The translations under genes were made by a program, and so were the position numbers. Source: a virus (Duplodnaviria > Caudoviricetes). Taken from it: a stretch of 41,160 bases of DNA. The DNA lies in IMG/VR virus record IMGVR_UViG_3300028588_000042, positions 1 through 41,160 of that record; one strand, written 5' to 3'. Under the pieces are notes generated by a model. It had not been told where the DNA came from. It made no database searches and saw only the letters and a list, made by a program, of their open reading frames with translations. Below are positions 1 through 8,832 of the stretch, in pieces (the stretch's first letter is position 1; every line of letters begins with the position of its first letter).

Positions 1-150
1 TGCTCGAGGGCGGAGTTCACCCCTCCATTGCGGACCTGGTCGGCGTGTTGCGCGAGGTCGGGTTCGAGGCCGATCTCGCAAAGGCGATCGGCGAAGCGGC
101 GAAACCGATCCTCGAACGTGTCGGCGAGCCCGAAACAAAGGGCATGGCGT
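1..150. repeat. Terminal 150-bp direct repeat (copy of 41011-41160); circular contig overlap
   Basis: 1-150 is identical to 41011-41160 except at 14/41024 (A/C) and 139/41149 (A/T); the protease reading frame runs through the join. Confidence 0.97.
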
Positions 151-206
151 CCGAAACCGAGGCGTTCTATAAGCAACTCTCGGCCGGCCTTTCGGCGGCC
201 AACTAG
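1..206 (+). CDS. C-terminal part of HK97-family prohead protease (continues from 40497)
   Basis: Frame LEGGVHPSIADLV...LSAGLSAAN* ends at TAG 204-206, in frame with the 40497 ORF across the circular join. Confidence 0.9.
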   Translation, partial: LEGGVHPSIADLVGVLREVGFEADLAKAIGEAAKPILERVGEPETKGMASETEAFYKQLSAGLSAAN

Positions 207-220
207 GGAAAGGCGGGACC

Positions 221-1603
221 ATGAAGAAGTTCGGTTCGATGACGTCGGTCGCGGCGCTCTCGGCTGGTCGTATGTACGCGCTTGGGGCGACCATGTCGCC
301 GACCGAGCGCGCGCGCGGTCGGTTCATGCGCGACGGCAACGGTCACAACCCAACGGGCGAGAAGCGGACGCCCGAGCAGATCGCGGACGACCTGGTAAAG
401 TCCGTCAACACGGCGCGGGACGAGGCCAAGTCGGCCGCGACCGAGGCCGTCGAGGCCGTCAAGAAGCTCGGCGATATTCCGGCCGGCCTCAAGGAAACGG
501 TCGATAACCTCATCTCCAAAATGAACGGATCGGAGCAGCAGCTTACCGAGTTCGGCCAGGCGATCGAGGCGCTCAAGAAGTCGGGCGCGTCGGACGACGA
601 GGTCAAGACGCTCGGCAACGCGTTCGTTGAAAGCGACGAGTTCAAGTCGTTGATCGGCGACAAGGGCGGTCGCGGTCGCGCAACCGTCGAGACGAAGGCG
701 ACTATCACCCTCGCGACGACCAACGCGGACGGCTCGGCCGGCTCGGCCGTCGCGCCGACCCGGCTCTCGGGTATCCAGACGCTGCCGCAGCGTCGGCTGG
801 TCGTGCGCGATCTTATCACGCCCGGTCAGATGGCGGGCAACTCGCTGCAGTACGTCCGGCAGTCGGGTTACACGAACAACGCGGCCGTTGTGGCGGAAGG
901 CGCGCGCAAGCCGCAGTCTGATCTCAAGCTCGCGCTGGTCGATACCACTGCCAAGGTGATCGCCCATTTCATGAAGGCGTCGCGCCAGGTTCTGGACGAT
1001 GCGCCGCAGCTCCGGTCGCTGATCGACAACAATCTCCTGTACGGGCTCGCTTTCCGCGAGGAGGCCGAAATCCTGTACGGCGACGGCACGGGGCAGCATC
1101 TCCTCGGCATCGTGCCGCAGGCGCAGGCGTTCAATCCCCCGGCGGCTGTCGGCGATGCGCTCTCGCCGATCGATCAAATCCGGATGGCGATCCTCCAGGC
1201 GGTTATCGCCGAGTTCCCGGCGACGGGGATCGTCATCAACCCGATCGATTGGGCGCGTATCGAGATGATGCGCGTCGATCGTGACGCGGACGGCAAGCCT
1301 AAGGGCGCCTATCTGATCGGCCAGCCTCAGGGCGACGCGCCGCTCCGTCTGTGGCGTCTCCCGGTCGTGGAAACCCCGGCTATCACGGCCGGTAAGTTCC
1401 TGACCGGCGCGTTCCGGCTCGGCGCACAGCTGTTCGATCGCTGGGTCGCGCGCGTCCAGCTCTCGACCGAGAACGAGGACGATTTCGTCAACAACCTGGT
1501 TACGATCCTCGCCGAGGAGCGGCTCGCGCTGGCGGTCTACCGTCCGGAAGCGTTCATTTACGGCGATCTCGATTGGACCTTGCTCGATCCTGCCAACCCC
1601 TAA
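221..1603 (+). CDS. Major capsid protein, HK97 fold, with N-terminal coiled-coil delta (scaffold) domain
   Basis: Motifs VAEGARKPQS, IAHFMKASRQVLDD, EEAEILYGDGTG, DFVNNLVTILAEERLALAVYRPEAF; follows the protease. Confidence 0.97.
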   Translation: MKKFGSMTSVAALSAGRMYALGATMSPTERARGRFMRDGNGHNPTGEKRTPEQIADDLVKSVNTARDEAKSAATEAVEAVKKLGDIPAGLKETVDNLISKMNGSEQQLTEFGQAIEALKKSGASDDEVKTLGNAFVESDEFKSLIGDKGGRGRATVETKATITLATTNADGSAGSAVAPTRLSGIQTLPQRRLVVRDLITPGQMAGNSLQYVRQSGYTNNAAVVAEGARKPQSDLKLALVDTTAKVIAHFMKASRQVLDDAPQLRSLIDNNLLYGLAFREEAEILYGDGTGQHLLGIVPQAQAFNPPAAVGDALSPIDQIRMAILQAVIAEFPATGIVINPIDWARIEMMRVDRDADGKPKGAYLIGQPQGDAPLRLWRLPVVETPAITAGKFLTGAFRLGAQLFDRWVARVQLSTENEDDFVNNLVTILAEERLALAVYRPEAFIYGDLDWTLLDPANP

Positions 1604-1650
1604 CCGGGCTGGCGATCGACAATCCGCGCCACTGCCAAGCGCGCGGGGAG

Positions 1651-1689
1651 AAGGGGGCCGGGCCGGCTGGTCCGGTCCCCTTTGTTTTT
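1651..1689 (+). terminator. Intrinsic terminator after the capsid gene
   Basis: AAGGGGGCCGGGCC-GGCT-GGTCCGGTCCCCTT 14-bp stem (2 G-U) followed by TGTTTTT. Confidence 0.8.
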
Positions 1690-1696
1690 AGGGACC
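1674..1696. promoter_or_regulatory. GGTCCC-N11-GGGACC inverted-repeat site (also 15572, 27270; 5/6 variants at 22000, 31008, 40043)
   Basis: Exact hexamer arms with a constant 11-bp spacer at several intergenic or gene-boundary sites. Confidence 0.7.
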
Positions 1697-1735
1697 GGCG
1701 GCGCGGTGTCGTCGGAGTGTACGGAGAGAGACGGC

Positions 1736-2287
1736 ATGGAATACGATTTCGATGTCCGGCGCGAAATGTCGGGCGACAAGGATTACGTGACGGGCGACAC
1801 GCGCAAGCTATCGGCCCTTGACGCAATCCACCTGGTCCGCTCGGGGGCGCTAACGCCCAAGGGCGCGGAAGCGGAGAAGGCAATGCAGGCGCTTATGAAC
1901 GACACGCCGGAGGATCGCTCCGGGATCGTGCAGCGGGTGAAAGAGGACGCTCCTCGCAATAAGGATAACGGCAACGCCCCGGCCAATAAGGGCGCGAGCG
2001 GCGGCAAGGCCAAGTCCGGCGCGAAAGGCGCGAAGGCGGCCGGGGCGGCTGGCCCGGCAACCGGGACCGGCTCCGGCAATGACGGCGCGGGAACGGATGG
2101 CGCGGGCGATACCGGCTCGGCGGGCGGCGGTACGGGCGGCGGCGAAGGCGGCGGCGAGGGTGGCTCGACCGAGGGCCAGGGCGTCAATGGCGACGGCTCC
2201 GACACGTCCAACGGCGGCGACGGCTCGACCGGCGCGGCGACCGGCGGCGCGACCGGCGCTCCTCCTGCCCCGCGCAAGCGCCGGTAA
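1736..2287 (+). CDS. Head-associated small-domain protein with long Gly/Thr/Asp-rich disordered tail
   Basis: GGAGAG RBS before ATG 1736; N-terminal YVTGDTRKLSALDAIHLVRSGAL; about 100 aa of low-complexity Gly-rich tail ending PRKRR. Confidence 0.75.
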   Translation: MEYDFDVRREMSGDKDYVTGDTRKLSALDAIHLVRSGALTPKGAEAEKAMQALMNDTPEDRSGIVQRVKEDAPRNKDNGNAPANKGASGGKAKSGAKGAKAAGAAGPATGTGSGNDGAGTDGAGDTGSAGGGTGGGEGGGEGGSTEGQGVNGDGSDTSNGGDGSTGAATGGATGAPPAPRKRR

Positions 2288-2293
2288 GCGGCC

Positions 2294-2872
2294 ATGCTGG
2301 ACCTGGTCGGCGAGCCTGTCTCCCTGGCGGAGGCGAAAAAGCATCTCGGCGTTCGGACCGACTTTCGGGACGAGGAGATCGCCGGGCTGATCGTTGCCGC
2401 TCGGGAGCGGGTCGAGCTTTACACGGGACGCGCCCTTACCAGGCGTGTCGTCGTGCAAACGCTCGACCGGTTCGCCGATCCGGCCGGGCCGATCGTTTGC
2501 GAGTTCGGGCCGGTGCATTCGGTCGAGGGCGTCCGCTACCTCTCGAGCGGCCAGCTAATCGACCTGGACGACGCGTTCGTCCCGGTCGGTCCGATCGGCA
2601 ACCGGTGGCACATCTACGGCGGCGGATCGTGGCCTACCCTGGCCGCCCCCGCTTTCGCCGAGGTGCGCTATCTGGCGGGTTTCGGTCCGCTGCCGGACGG
2701 GGAGGAGGGGGTAGCGGTTCCGATCCCGCAGCTCCTCCTCCGCGCTGTCATGCTGCTTGTCGGGACCTGGTTCGAGAACCACGAGGGCGCAATCGTGGGA
2801 ACGTCGGTGGCGGAGCTGCCGTTCGGTGTTAAGGATGCTTGCCGGGACTTTCGCCCGTCCGGCATAGCGTAG
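2294..2872 (+). CDS. Head-tail connector (HK97 gp6/SPP1 gp15-like adaptor)
   Basis: EPVSLAEAKKHL...LIVAARERVELYTGR...AVMLLVGTWFENHE. Confidence 0.92.
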   Translation: MLDLVGEPVSLAEAKKHLGVRTDFRDEEIAGLIVAARERVELYTGRALTRRVVVQTLDRFADPAGPIVCEFGPVHSVEGVRYLSSGQLIDLDDAFVPVGPIGNRWHIYGGGSWPTLAAPAFAEVRYLAGFGPLPDGEEGVAVPIPQLLLRAVMLLVGTWFENHEGAIVGTSVAELPFGVKDACRDFRPSGIA

Positions 2873-2885
2873 AGGAGAAAACGAC

Positions 2886-3212
2886 GTGTCGAAATTCGAT
2901 CGCAAGACGCAGCAGCTCAAGGCCCGCGTCCAATACGTGCGCGGAACCGTTCGCAAGGCGAAAGGCTCGACCCTTAACGAGGCCGAGGCGGACACCATGA
3001 CGGACAAGCAGATCGAGGACGAGATCGCTCTCGGCCATCTCGAGGCCATCGATATCGAGCCGGCCGAGAAGCTGGAGGACGAGACGCTCGCGGAGTCCAA
3101 CGGCGAGGCGGCCGAACCCGAGACGACGTCCGAGCCGAGCCCCGCCGAGACTGTGGCGGCGCAGGCCGAGGCGGCGCAGGCCGAGGCAGCTCCCCGGCGC
3201 GGCCGCAAGTAA
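2886..3212 (+). CDS. Hypothetical neck-region protein, small domain plus acidic disordered tail
   Basis: GAGGAG RBS and GTG start; stop overlaps the next ATG; ends PRRGRK. Confidence 0.75.
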   Translation: MSKFDRKTQQLKARVQYVRGTVRKAKGSTLNEAEADTMTDKQIEDEIALGHLEAIDIEPAEKLEDETLAESNGEAAEPETTSEPSPAETVAAQAEAAQAEAAPRRGRK

Positions 3213-3562
3213 TGCGGTCCGGCGACCTGGATAGTCTCGTCAAGTTCGTGCGGCCGGGCGTTCCCTCGCGGGACGGCCGCTCGCGCGTCCCTGGCGCGGA
3301 CGTCCTGGTCGCCGACCTGGTCCCCTGTCACGTCCTCGGCGGGCAGGGGACTGAGCGGTTCGCAAACGCGGAGAACGCGGCAACCGCCCCGATTGTCATT
3401 ACGGTGCGCCGCGAACCCGATCTCGACGGTCTGGATACCGGCGACGTTGCGATCCTCCTCGAGACGGGCAAGCGGTACGATATCAAGTCTGTCCGTCCGG
3501 GGACGCGCGACCCTCGCCGCGACCTGGAAGTCCTGGCGGTCGGCGATGGCGCTAACGGATAG
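3212..3562 (+). CDS. Head closure/stopper protein (SPP1 gp16-like)
   Basis: MRSGDLDSLV...GTERF...ITVR...KRYDIKSV pattern; synteny. Confidence 0.85.
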   Translation: MRSGDLDSLVKFVRPGVPSRDGRSRVPGADVLVADLVPCHVLGGQGTERFANAENAATAPIVITVRREPDLDGLDTGDVAILLETGKRYDIKSVRPGTRDPRRDLEVLAVGDGANG

Positions 3563-4028
3563 CGGCTCGGTCGAGCTTTCCGGCTTTCGCGAGCTGGACG
3601 ATACCTTTTACGATCTCGGTAAGACGCTCGGGAAAAACGTCCTCCGCCGCGTCGGCACGAAGGCGCTCGAGCCTATGGCCGATCACGCTCGCGCCCTGGT
3701 CGGCGTTCGCCGGGGCTTCCTGAAACGCTCGATCCATGTCGGCACGTCCCTTGCGAAGTCGCAGCGCGCCAAGGCGAGCCGATCGGGCGGGGCCTTCCGG
3801 CTCGACGCCCAGGACGGCGTCACGATCTATATGGGGCCGGGGCAGGACCCGGCGGCAATAACGGAGGAGTTCGGCAAGTTCGACCAGGCCCCCGATCCCT
3901 ACATGCGCCCGTCGTTCGATGCGGAGGCCATGAATACGATCCAGCGCATCGCCGATGGGCTATGGCCGGAGATCGACAAGGCGGCGGCAAGGCGCGCCCG
4001 CAAGCTGGCAAAGCAGGCTAGGGGCTAG
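3546..4028 (+). CDS. HK97 gp10-like tail completion protein
   Basis: VELSGFREL...GFLKRSI...EFGKFDQAPDPYMRPSFD. Confidence 0.88.
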   Translation: MALTDSGSVELSGFRELDDTFYDLGKTLGKNVLRRVGTKALEPMADHARALVGVRRGFLKRSIHVGTSLAKSQRAKASRSGGAFRLDAQDGVTIYMGPGQDPAAITEEFGKFDQAPDPYMRPSFDAEAMNTIQRIADGLWPEIDKAAARRARKLAKQARG

Positions 4029-4055
4029 TCCGGTTCCCGACGATCAATCCCTCGA

Positions 4056-4072
4056 AAGCATGGAACACGTTT
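4056..4072. promoter_or_regulatory. 17-bp pseudo-palindromic operator-like site (AAGCATGGAACACGTTT)
   Basis: Matches the perfect palindrome at 18310-18326 and the sites at 29294 and 31871; ends just before ATG 4074. Confidence 0.6.
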
Positions 4073-4073
4073 T

Positions 4074-4481
4074 ATGGCCGATGTAGGTTCCGCGATCGTC
4101 GCCCGTCTCGAGGGCGATCCCGCTTGGGTGGACGCTATAGGCGATCGGCTCGATTGGGGCGTTTCGTTGCAGGAAACTCCGTTCCCGCGCGCTGTGGCGA
4201 CGTTCATCACGCGAGATCGACCGGACCATTATACGGGCTCCGACATGGCAAGCTCGCGGCTGCAACTGGACGTCTATTCGGTCGTATCGTCGCAAGAGGC
4301 GAGCGATATCGCCGAGATCGCGATCGGCATCCTGCAACCGGAGGACACGGTCGCCGGGGTTCGGTTCACGCGGGCCACGGAGGTTGATGGCCCGAACGAT
4401 GGCGGCGACCAAACGGATACGCTATACGTCTACCGCGCGCGGACCGATTTCGCGTTGCTTCATACCGACGAAGGGGTTTGA
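4074..4481 (+). CDS. Tail terminator (DUF3168-like)
   Basis: IGDRLDW...PFPR...SRLQLDVYS...YRARTDF; lies before the tail tube gene. Confidence 0.85.
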   Translation: MADVGSAIVARLEGDPAWVDAIGDRLDWGVSLQETPFPRAVATFITRDRPDHYTGSDMASSRLQLDVYSVVSSQEASDIAEIAIGILQPEDTVAGVRFTRATEVDGPNDGGDQTDTLYVYRARTDFALLHTDEGV

Positions 4482-4482
4482 A

Positions 4483-4947
4483 ATGGCAGTAGCACCTAGC
4501 AAGGCAAAGACGGGTTTCGGCTCGAAATTCTCTTGCGCCGCAACGGCGGCTCTACTCGCGACCGGTGGCGATGGGATCGATTGGTCGGAAGTCACCGCAC
4601 TTACGCCTCCGGCTGACACGGCCGATACGGAGGAGGTCACTCATATGCAGTCGCCGGATCAGCGGCGCGAGTGGATCAAGACGCTGATCGATAGCGGCGA
4701 GGCCGACATCGAGACGAACCTCGTCGCGGGCGGTCCGACCGATCTCGCCATGCAGGCGGCGATGCTCTCCCCGGATGCCGTGTTCTACAAGATGGCAATT
4801 CCGGCGGCCGAGCGCGGCAAATTTTGGGTCATCACGGGCCTTTGCCTGGTGACGGGTTATACCCGCTCGACCCCGATCGCGGGCAAGATGACGGGTACGG
4901 CTCGGCTCAAGTTCACCGGGACCCGGACCGAGGCGGCGTCCGCATGA
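4483..4947 (+). CDS. Major tail tube protein
   Basis: EVTALTPP...EEVTHMQSPDQRREWIKTLIDSGE...KMTGTARLKFTG, typical of lambda-like tube proteins. Confidence 0.9.
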   Translation: MAVAPSKAKTGFGSKFSCAATAALLATGGDGIDWSEVTALTPPADTADTEEVTHMQSPDQRREWIKTLIDSGEADIETNLVAGGPTDLAMQAAMLSPDAVFYKMAIPAAERGKFWVITGLCLVTGYTRSTPIAGKMTGTARLKFTGTRTEAASA

Positions 4948-5717
4948 CGGCCGTCCCGGAGAAAGAGCTGCGCCGCGTGTTCGTGCCGATGGGGGGTCGG
5001 GAGGTCGAGGCCAAGTTCTCGACAAACGGGCTTTGCACTGTGGAGGAGGAGTTCGGCGGGCAATCGCTCGAGACGATCGGCAAGCAAATGGAGGCCGGCG
5101 GCGCTTCCTTTGCGGCCGTCCGCGCCATCTTTCGCGCGGCGCTGTTCCACGATGCCCCCGAGCTGTCGCCCGTCCAGGCCGGCCGAGTGCTGCAAGAGGT
5201 CGGGACCGAGTTCGCCGGACGCGTCATCCAGCAGGCGTTCGACAACTGGAAAGCGGGCGAGCTTGGGCTCCCGGTGAAGCTGCCGGACCTGGACGCGCAG
5301 GCTCGCCTCGCGTTCGAGGTCGGCAACGTCCGTTACGTCCTGGCGTTCGGCTTCAATGCGATGGCCGAGATCGAGCCGGCATTCCCCGGCATGTCTATGC
5401 CACAGATCGCGGCCGAGCTGGCGGGCGGCGGGGTGTCCGTCATGCGCTTGCGGGCGATGTTCCGGGCTGCGCTGATCGATTGGCGAGAAACGTCGCTGTT
5501 CGAGGCCGGCGAGCTGATGGACGTTATCGGCCTGGCGACCGTGTCCGAGGCGGTCGGGAAAGCGTTCATCGGCGCGTTCCCCAAGGTCCCCGCAAATGAT
5601 GGGGACCAGGGGGGCGAGGTTGAGGGCAACCGCACGACGCGGAGGGCGGCGGCGGCTGCGAAAAAGGCAAACCCTACGAAGCCGCGACCCCGGAAGGGTG
5701 GGACTGGGAAGCCCTAG
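4944..5717 (+). CDS. Tail assembly chaperone (G) with two tandem chaperone domains
   Basis: ATGA overlap with tube gene; two similar ~85-aa units each containing RAxFRAAL; lies between tube and tape measure. Confidence 0.85.
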   Translation: MTAVPEKELRRVFVPMGGREVEAKFSTNGLCTVEEEFGGQSLETIGKQMEAGGASFAAVRAIFRAALFHDAPELSPVQAGRVLQEVGTEFAGRVIQQAFDNWKAGELGLPVKLPDLDAQARLAFEVGNVRYVLAFGFNAMAEIEPAFPGMSMPQIAAELAGGGVSVMRLRAMFRAALIDWRETSLFEAGELMDVIGLATVSEAVGKAFIGAFPKVPANDGDQGGEVEGNRTTRRAAAAAKKANPTKPRPRKGGTGKP

Positions 5718-6022
5718 AGGCGCTGTGGAATAGGGAAGGGCTCGACCCCGACCTATTTTGGCGCGTCACCCCTCACCGGTTCTCCGTCATCATGGAAGGC
5801 CGTCGCCAGGCGAACGAGGCGGCGGAGGATCACCGGGTCGCGGTTGCCTGGTATGGGGAGGCGTTCCACCGGATGAAGCGCCTTCCCGGTCTGGACACGG
5901 TCCTACGCGCGGGCCAGCCATTGGAACCGCAGACGCCGGCTGATATGCTCGCCGTTATGCAAGCGATCCAGGCGGCGGGCGGCGACGTCTCTATCGAGCT
6001 GGTGGACGAAAAGGACCTGTAA
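5660..6022 (+). CDS. Tail assembly chaperone T segment, probably reached by -1 frameshift (GT fusion)
   Basis: The -1 frame is open from 5660 and reads WDWEALEALWNREGLDPDLFWRVTPHRF, the GLxPxxFWxxTP chaperone-T motif, upstream of the first ATG (5792). Confidence 0.75.
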   Translation, partial: EKGKPYEAATPEGWDWEALEALWNREGLDPDLFWRVTPHRFSVIMEGRRQANEAAEDHRVAVAWYGEAFHRMKRLPGLDTVLRAGQPLEPQTPADMLAVMQAIQAAGGDVSIELVDEKDL

Positions 6023-6024
6023 AC

Positions 6025-8832
6025 ATGCCCTCGGCCGTCATTGGCGCGCTTCGCGTTGATCTCAATCTCGGCACTGCCGGATGGAAAAAGGGGCTCGCCG
6101 AGGCGCAAAGCGACGCCCAGGGCGCGGCCGCTAAATTCAAGGCGGTCGGGGGTACGATCACGGCGGTAGGCGCGGGGCTTACCGCCGGGATCACTGCGCC
6201 GTTGCTCGGGATCGGCGTCGCGGCGGTCAAGACGGCGGCCAACTTTGAAGCGGCCATGATTAAGGTCAAGATCGCCACGCAGGCGACCGGCGACCAGATG
6301 AAGCAAATGAACGACCTGGCGCTCCAGCTCGGTAAATCGACCGTGTTCTCCGCGTCGGAGGCGGCCGGAGCCATGGAGGAGCTGGCGAAGAACGGCGTTT
6401 CCGTGGAGAACATCCTCGGCGGCGCGGCGAAGGCGGCCGTTGACCTGGCGGCGGCGGCGGGCTCGGAGCTGGGGCCGGCGGCGGTCGCCGTGTCCGACGC
6501 GATGAACCAGTTCCACCTGTCCTCGAAAGACTTGCCGGCGCTCGTCAACCAGATCACGGGCGCGGTCAACGAGTCCAAGCTCGACTTTAACGACTTCCAG
6601 CTCGGTATGGCGCAAGCGGGCGGCGTGGCGGGCGCGGTGGGCGTGTCGTTTGAGGACTTCAACGCGGTTCTAGCCGGAACCTCGTCCATGTTCTCGAGCG
6701 GTTCGGACGCCGGAACCTCGTTCAAGACGTTTCTTAATTCGCTCGGCGGCTCGACCAAGCAAGCAAAGGCGATGATCGAGCAGTATGGCCTGTCGTTCTA
6801 CGACGCGGCGGGCAAGCTCCGCCCGATGGCCGATATCGCCGAACAGCTCCGGGTGAAGCTCGGCGGCCTATCGGACGAGGCAAAGACGAACGTCCTCAAA
6901 ACGATATTCGGAACCGACGCCATGCGGACGGCGGTCGGGTTGATGAACCAAGGCGCGAAGGGCCTCGACGATATCGCGGCGCGGATCAAAAAGACGGACG
7001 CGGCCGCGCAATCGGCCGAGCGAATGAAAGGCTTGAACGCCCAGCTCGAGCAGCTCGGCGGGACCCTCGAGACGTTGGCGATCCAAATCGGGCAAACCGG
7101 GCTGCTCGATAGCGTAACGTCCGTCCTGACGTTCGTTACCGATATGCTCGACAAGCTAACGGAGCTGTCTCCAGCGGCGGCGCAGATCGCGGTCGTCGGC
7201 GCGGCGATTGCGGCGGCGATCGGTCCTATCATGCTCGTCCTCGGACCCGTGATCTCCGGCATTGGCTCGCTGATTACGCTGTTCGGAGCCTGGTCGGCCT
7301 CGCTCGGCGCGGCCTCGGCGGCGGCGGGTGGTTTCCTCCCGCTCCTCGCGCCCTTCGCGCCTATCGTCCTCGGCATCGCGGCGGCCGTCGCGGCCGGCTA
7401 TGTCGCCTGGCAGAATTGGGGGACGATCGCGCCTATCCTGCAAGGGCTATGGCAGACGTTTCAATCGACGCTCGGCCCTCCGCTCCTGACGATCCTGTCC
7501 GCGATGTGGGACTCGATCAAGATGTTTGGCAGCGCGTTTGCGACCCTGGCGACGGGCGCGGCGAACGCTCTCGGTCCGGCGTTCCTTGGGATATTCAAGG
7601 CGGCGGCCGACGTCATCGGCGGCGCAATGAAGGTTATCGGCAACCTCTTGTCTGCCGTGATCGACCTATTGCAGGGGAATTTTTCCGGAGCCTGGACGCA
7701 TACCGTCGCGGCCGTGAAGGCGGCGGCGAGCGGGATCGGCTCGGCTGTCGCGGACCTGGTTACGGGTGTCCTCGGTTCGCTCGGCCGGATGGTGTCCGGT
7801 ATTTGGGATCACCTGGTCAATCAGCTCGGCGGAGCATGGGACGCGCTAAAGAAGCGGATCGCGGACGCTAAGAACGATTTCTTTAGCCTCTATGACGCGG
7901 TCGTCGGCCATTCGTATATTCCGGATATGGTGGACGGGATCGCGCAGCACATGGCGCGCCTTGACGGTGTGATGACGAAGCCGGTCAAGGATGCGACGGG
8001 CAAGGCGAAAGACGCGTTCAAGCAGCTTCGCGACGATCTCGCGCCGATCCTTAACGAGCTGTTCCCGGAAAGCCGGCAGCTCGTGGATATGCAAAACAAG
8101 CTCTCCGTGATCGGCCGAGCTGAGAAGGCCGGCGTCAAAAACGGCGGGCTATCGGCCGACCAGGCGGACGAGGCGCGCCGTCGAGTGGCTCTCGGCCCGA
8201 CCTACGATAGCGATCGTCAAGACGCGCTCGCGAAGCAAATGGACGATTGGGGGCAGATCGATATCGGCAAGGTGACGAAAGAGGCCGGCGACTTCAAATC
8301 GACCCTCCCCGACCTGTCGAAAACCGCCGAGGACACGCGAGCAAAAACCGTCGAGGCGTTCGCCGGGATGGCGCGGGACGTCCTGGGCTCCCTGCGGGGG
8401 ATGGTGTCGGCGTTCAAGGGCGGCGACATTCTCGGCGGTATCTCCGGCCTGTTCGATATCATCTCCCAGGTTAGCGGCCTGATCGGCGGCAATAAGACGG
8501 CCCGCCAGGCGGTCACTGTCACCGGCGGCGGCACGTCCTACGGCGGCGGCCGCGCGCTCGGCGGGCCTGTCGTTCCCGGCAAGCGATACAAGGTGGGCGA
8601 GAGTGGCAAGCCGGAGTGGTTCGAGCCCATGGTCCCCGGCCGCGTCGTTCCCGAAAGCGGCGGCGCGGGTGGTGGCGGGACCAACATCTATTTCTCCGGC
8701 GTGATGACGTCCGAGGAGTTTTGGGACAAGATCAACGCCGGACACGACAACGCGGCGTTGCGAGGCGCGAACGGCGGCGCGCAGCTCGCGATGGAACGGC
8801 AAACCGCGCGCGCGCAAAGGAGCTTAGGTTAA
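6025..8832 (+). CDS. Tape measure protein (TP901-type core)
   Basis: 935 aa Ala/Gly-rich helical protein; STVFSASEAAGAMEELAKNG, GSDAGTSFKT; C-terminal GGRALGGPV...VGE..PE.F. Confidence 0.96.
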   Translation: MPSAVIGALRVDLNLGTAGWKKGLAEAQSDAQGAAAKFKAVGGTITAVGAGLTAGITAPLLGIGVAAVKTAANFEAAMIKVKIATQATGDQMKQMNDLALQLGKSTVFSASEAAGAMEELAKNGVSVENILGGAAKAAVDLAAAAGSELGPAAVAVSDAMNQFHLSSKDLPALVNQITGAVNESKLDFNDFQLGMAQAGGVAGAVGVSFEDFNAVLAGTSSMFSSGSDAGTSFKTFLNSLGGSTKQAKAMIEQYGLSFYDAAGKLRPMADIAEQLRVKLGGLSDEAKTNVLKTIFGTDAMRTAVGLMNQGAKGLDDIAARIKKTDAAAQSAERMKGLNAQLEQLGGTLETLAIQIGQTGLLDSVTSVLTFVTDMLDKLTELSPAAAQIAVVGAAIAAAIGPIMLVLGPVISGIGSLITLFGAWSASLGAASAAAGGFLPLLAPFAPIVLGIAAAVAAGYVAWQNWGTIAPILQGLWQTFQSTLGPPLLTILSAMWDSIKMFGSAFATLATGAANALGPAFLGIFKAAADVIGGAMKVIGNLLSAVIDLLQGNFSGAWTHTVAAVKAAASGIGSAVADLVTGVLGSLGRMVSGIWDHLVNQLGGAWDALKKRIADAKNDFFSLYDAVVGHSYIPDMVDGIAQHMARLDGVMTKPVKDATGKAKDAFKQLRDDLAPILNELFPESRQLVDMQNKLSVIGRAEKAGVKNGGLSADQADEARRRVALGPTYDSDRQDALAKQMDDWGQIDIGKVTKEAGDFKSTLPDLSKTAEDTRAKTVEAFAGMARDVLGSLRGMVSAFKGGDILGGISGLFDIISQVSGLIGGNKTARQAVTVTGGGTSYGGGRALGGPVVPGKRYKVGESGKPEWFEPMVPGRVVPESGGAGGGGTNIYFSGVMTSEEFWDKINAGHDNAALRGANGGAQLAMERQTARAQRSLG

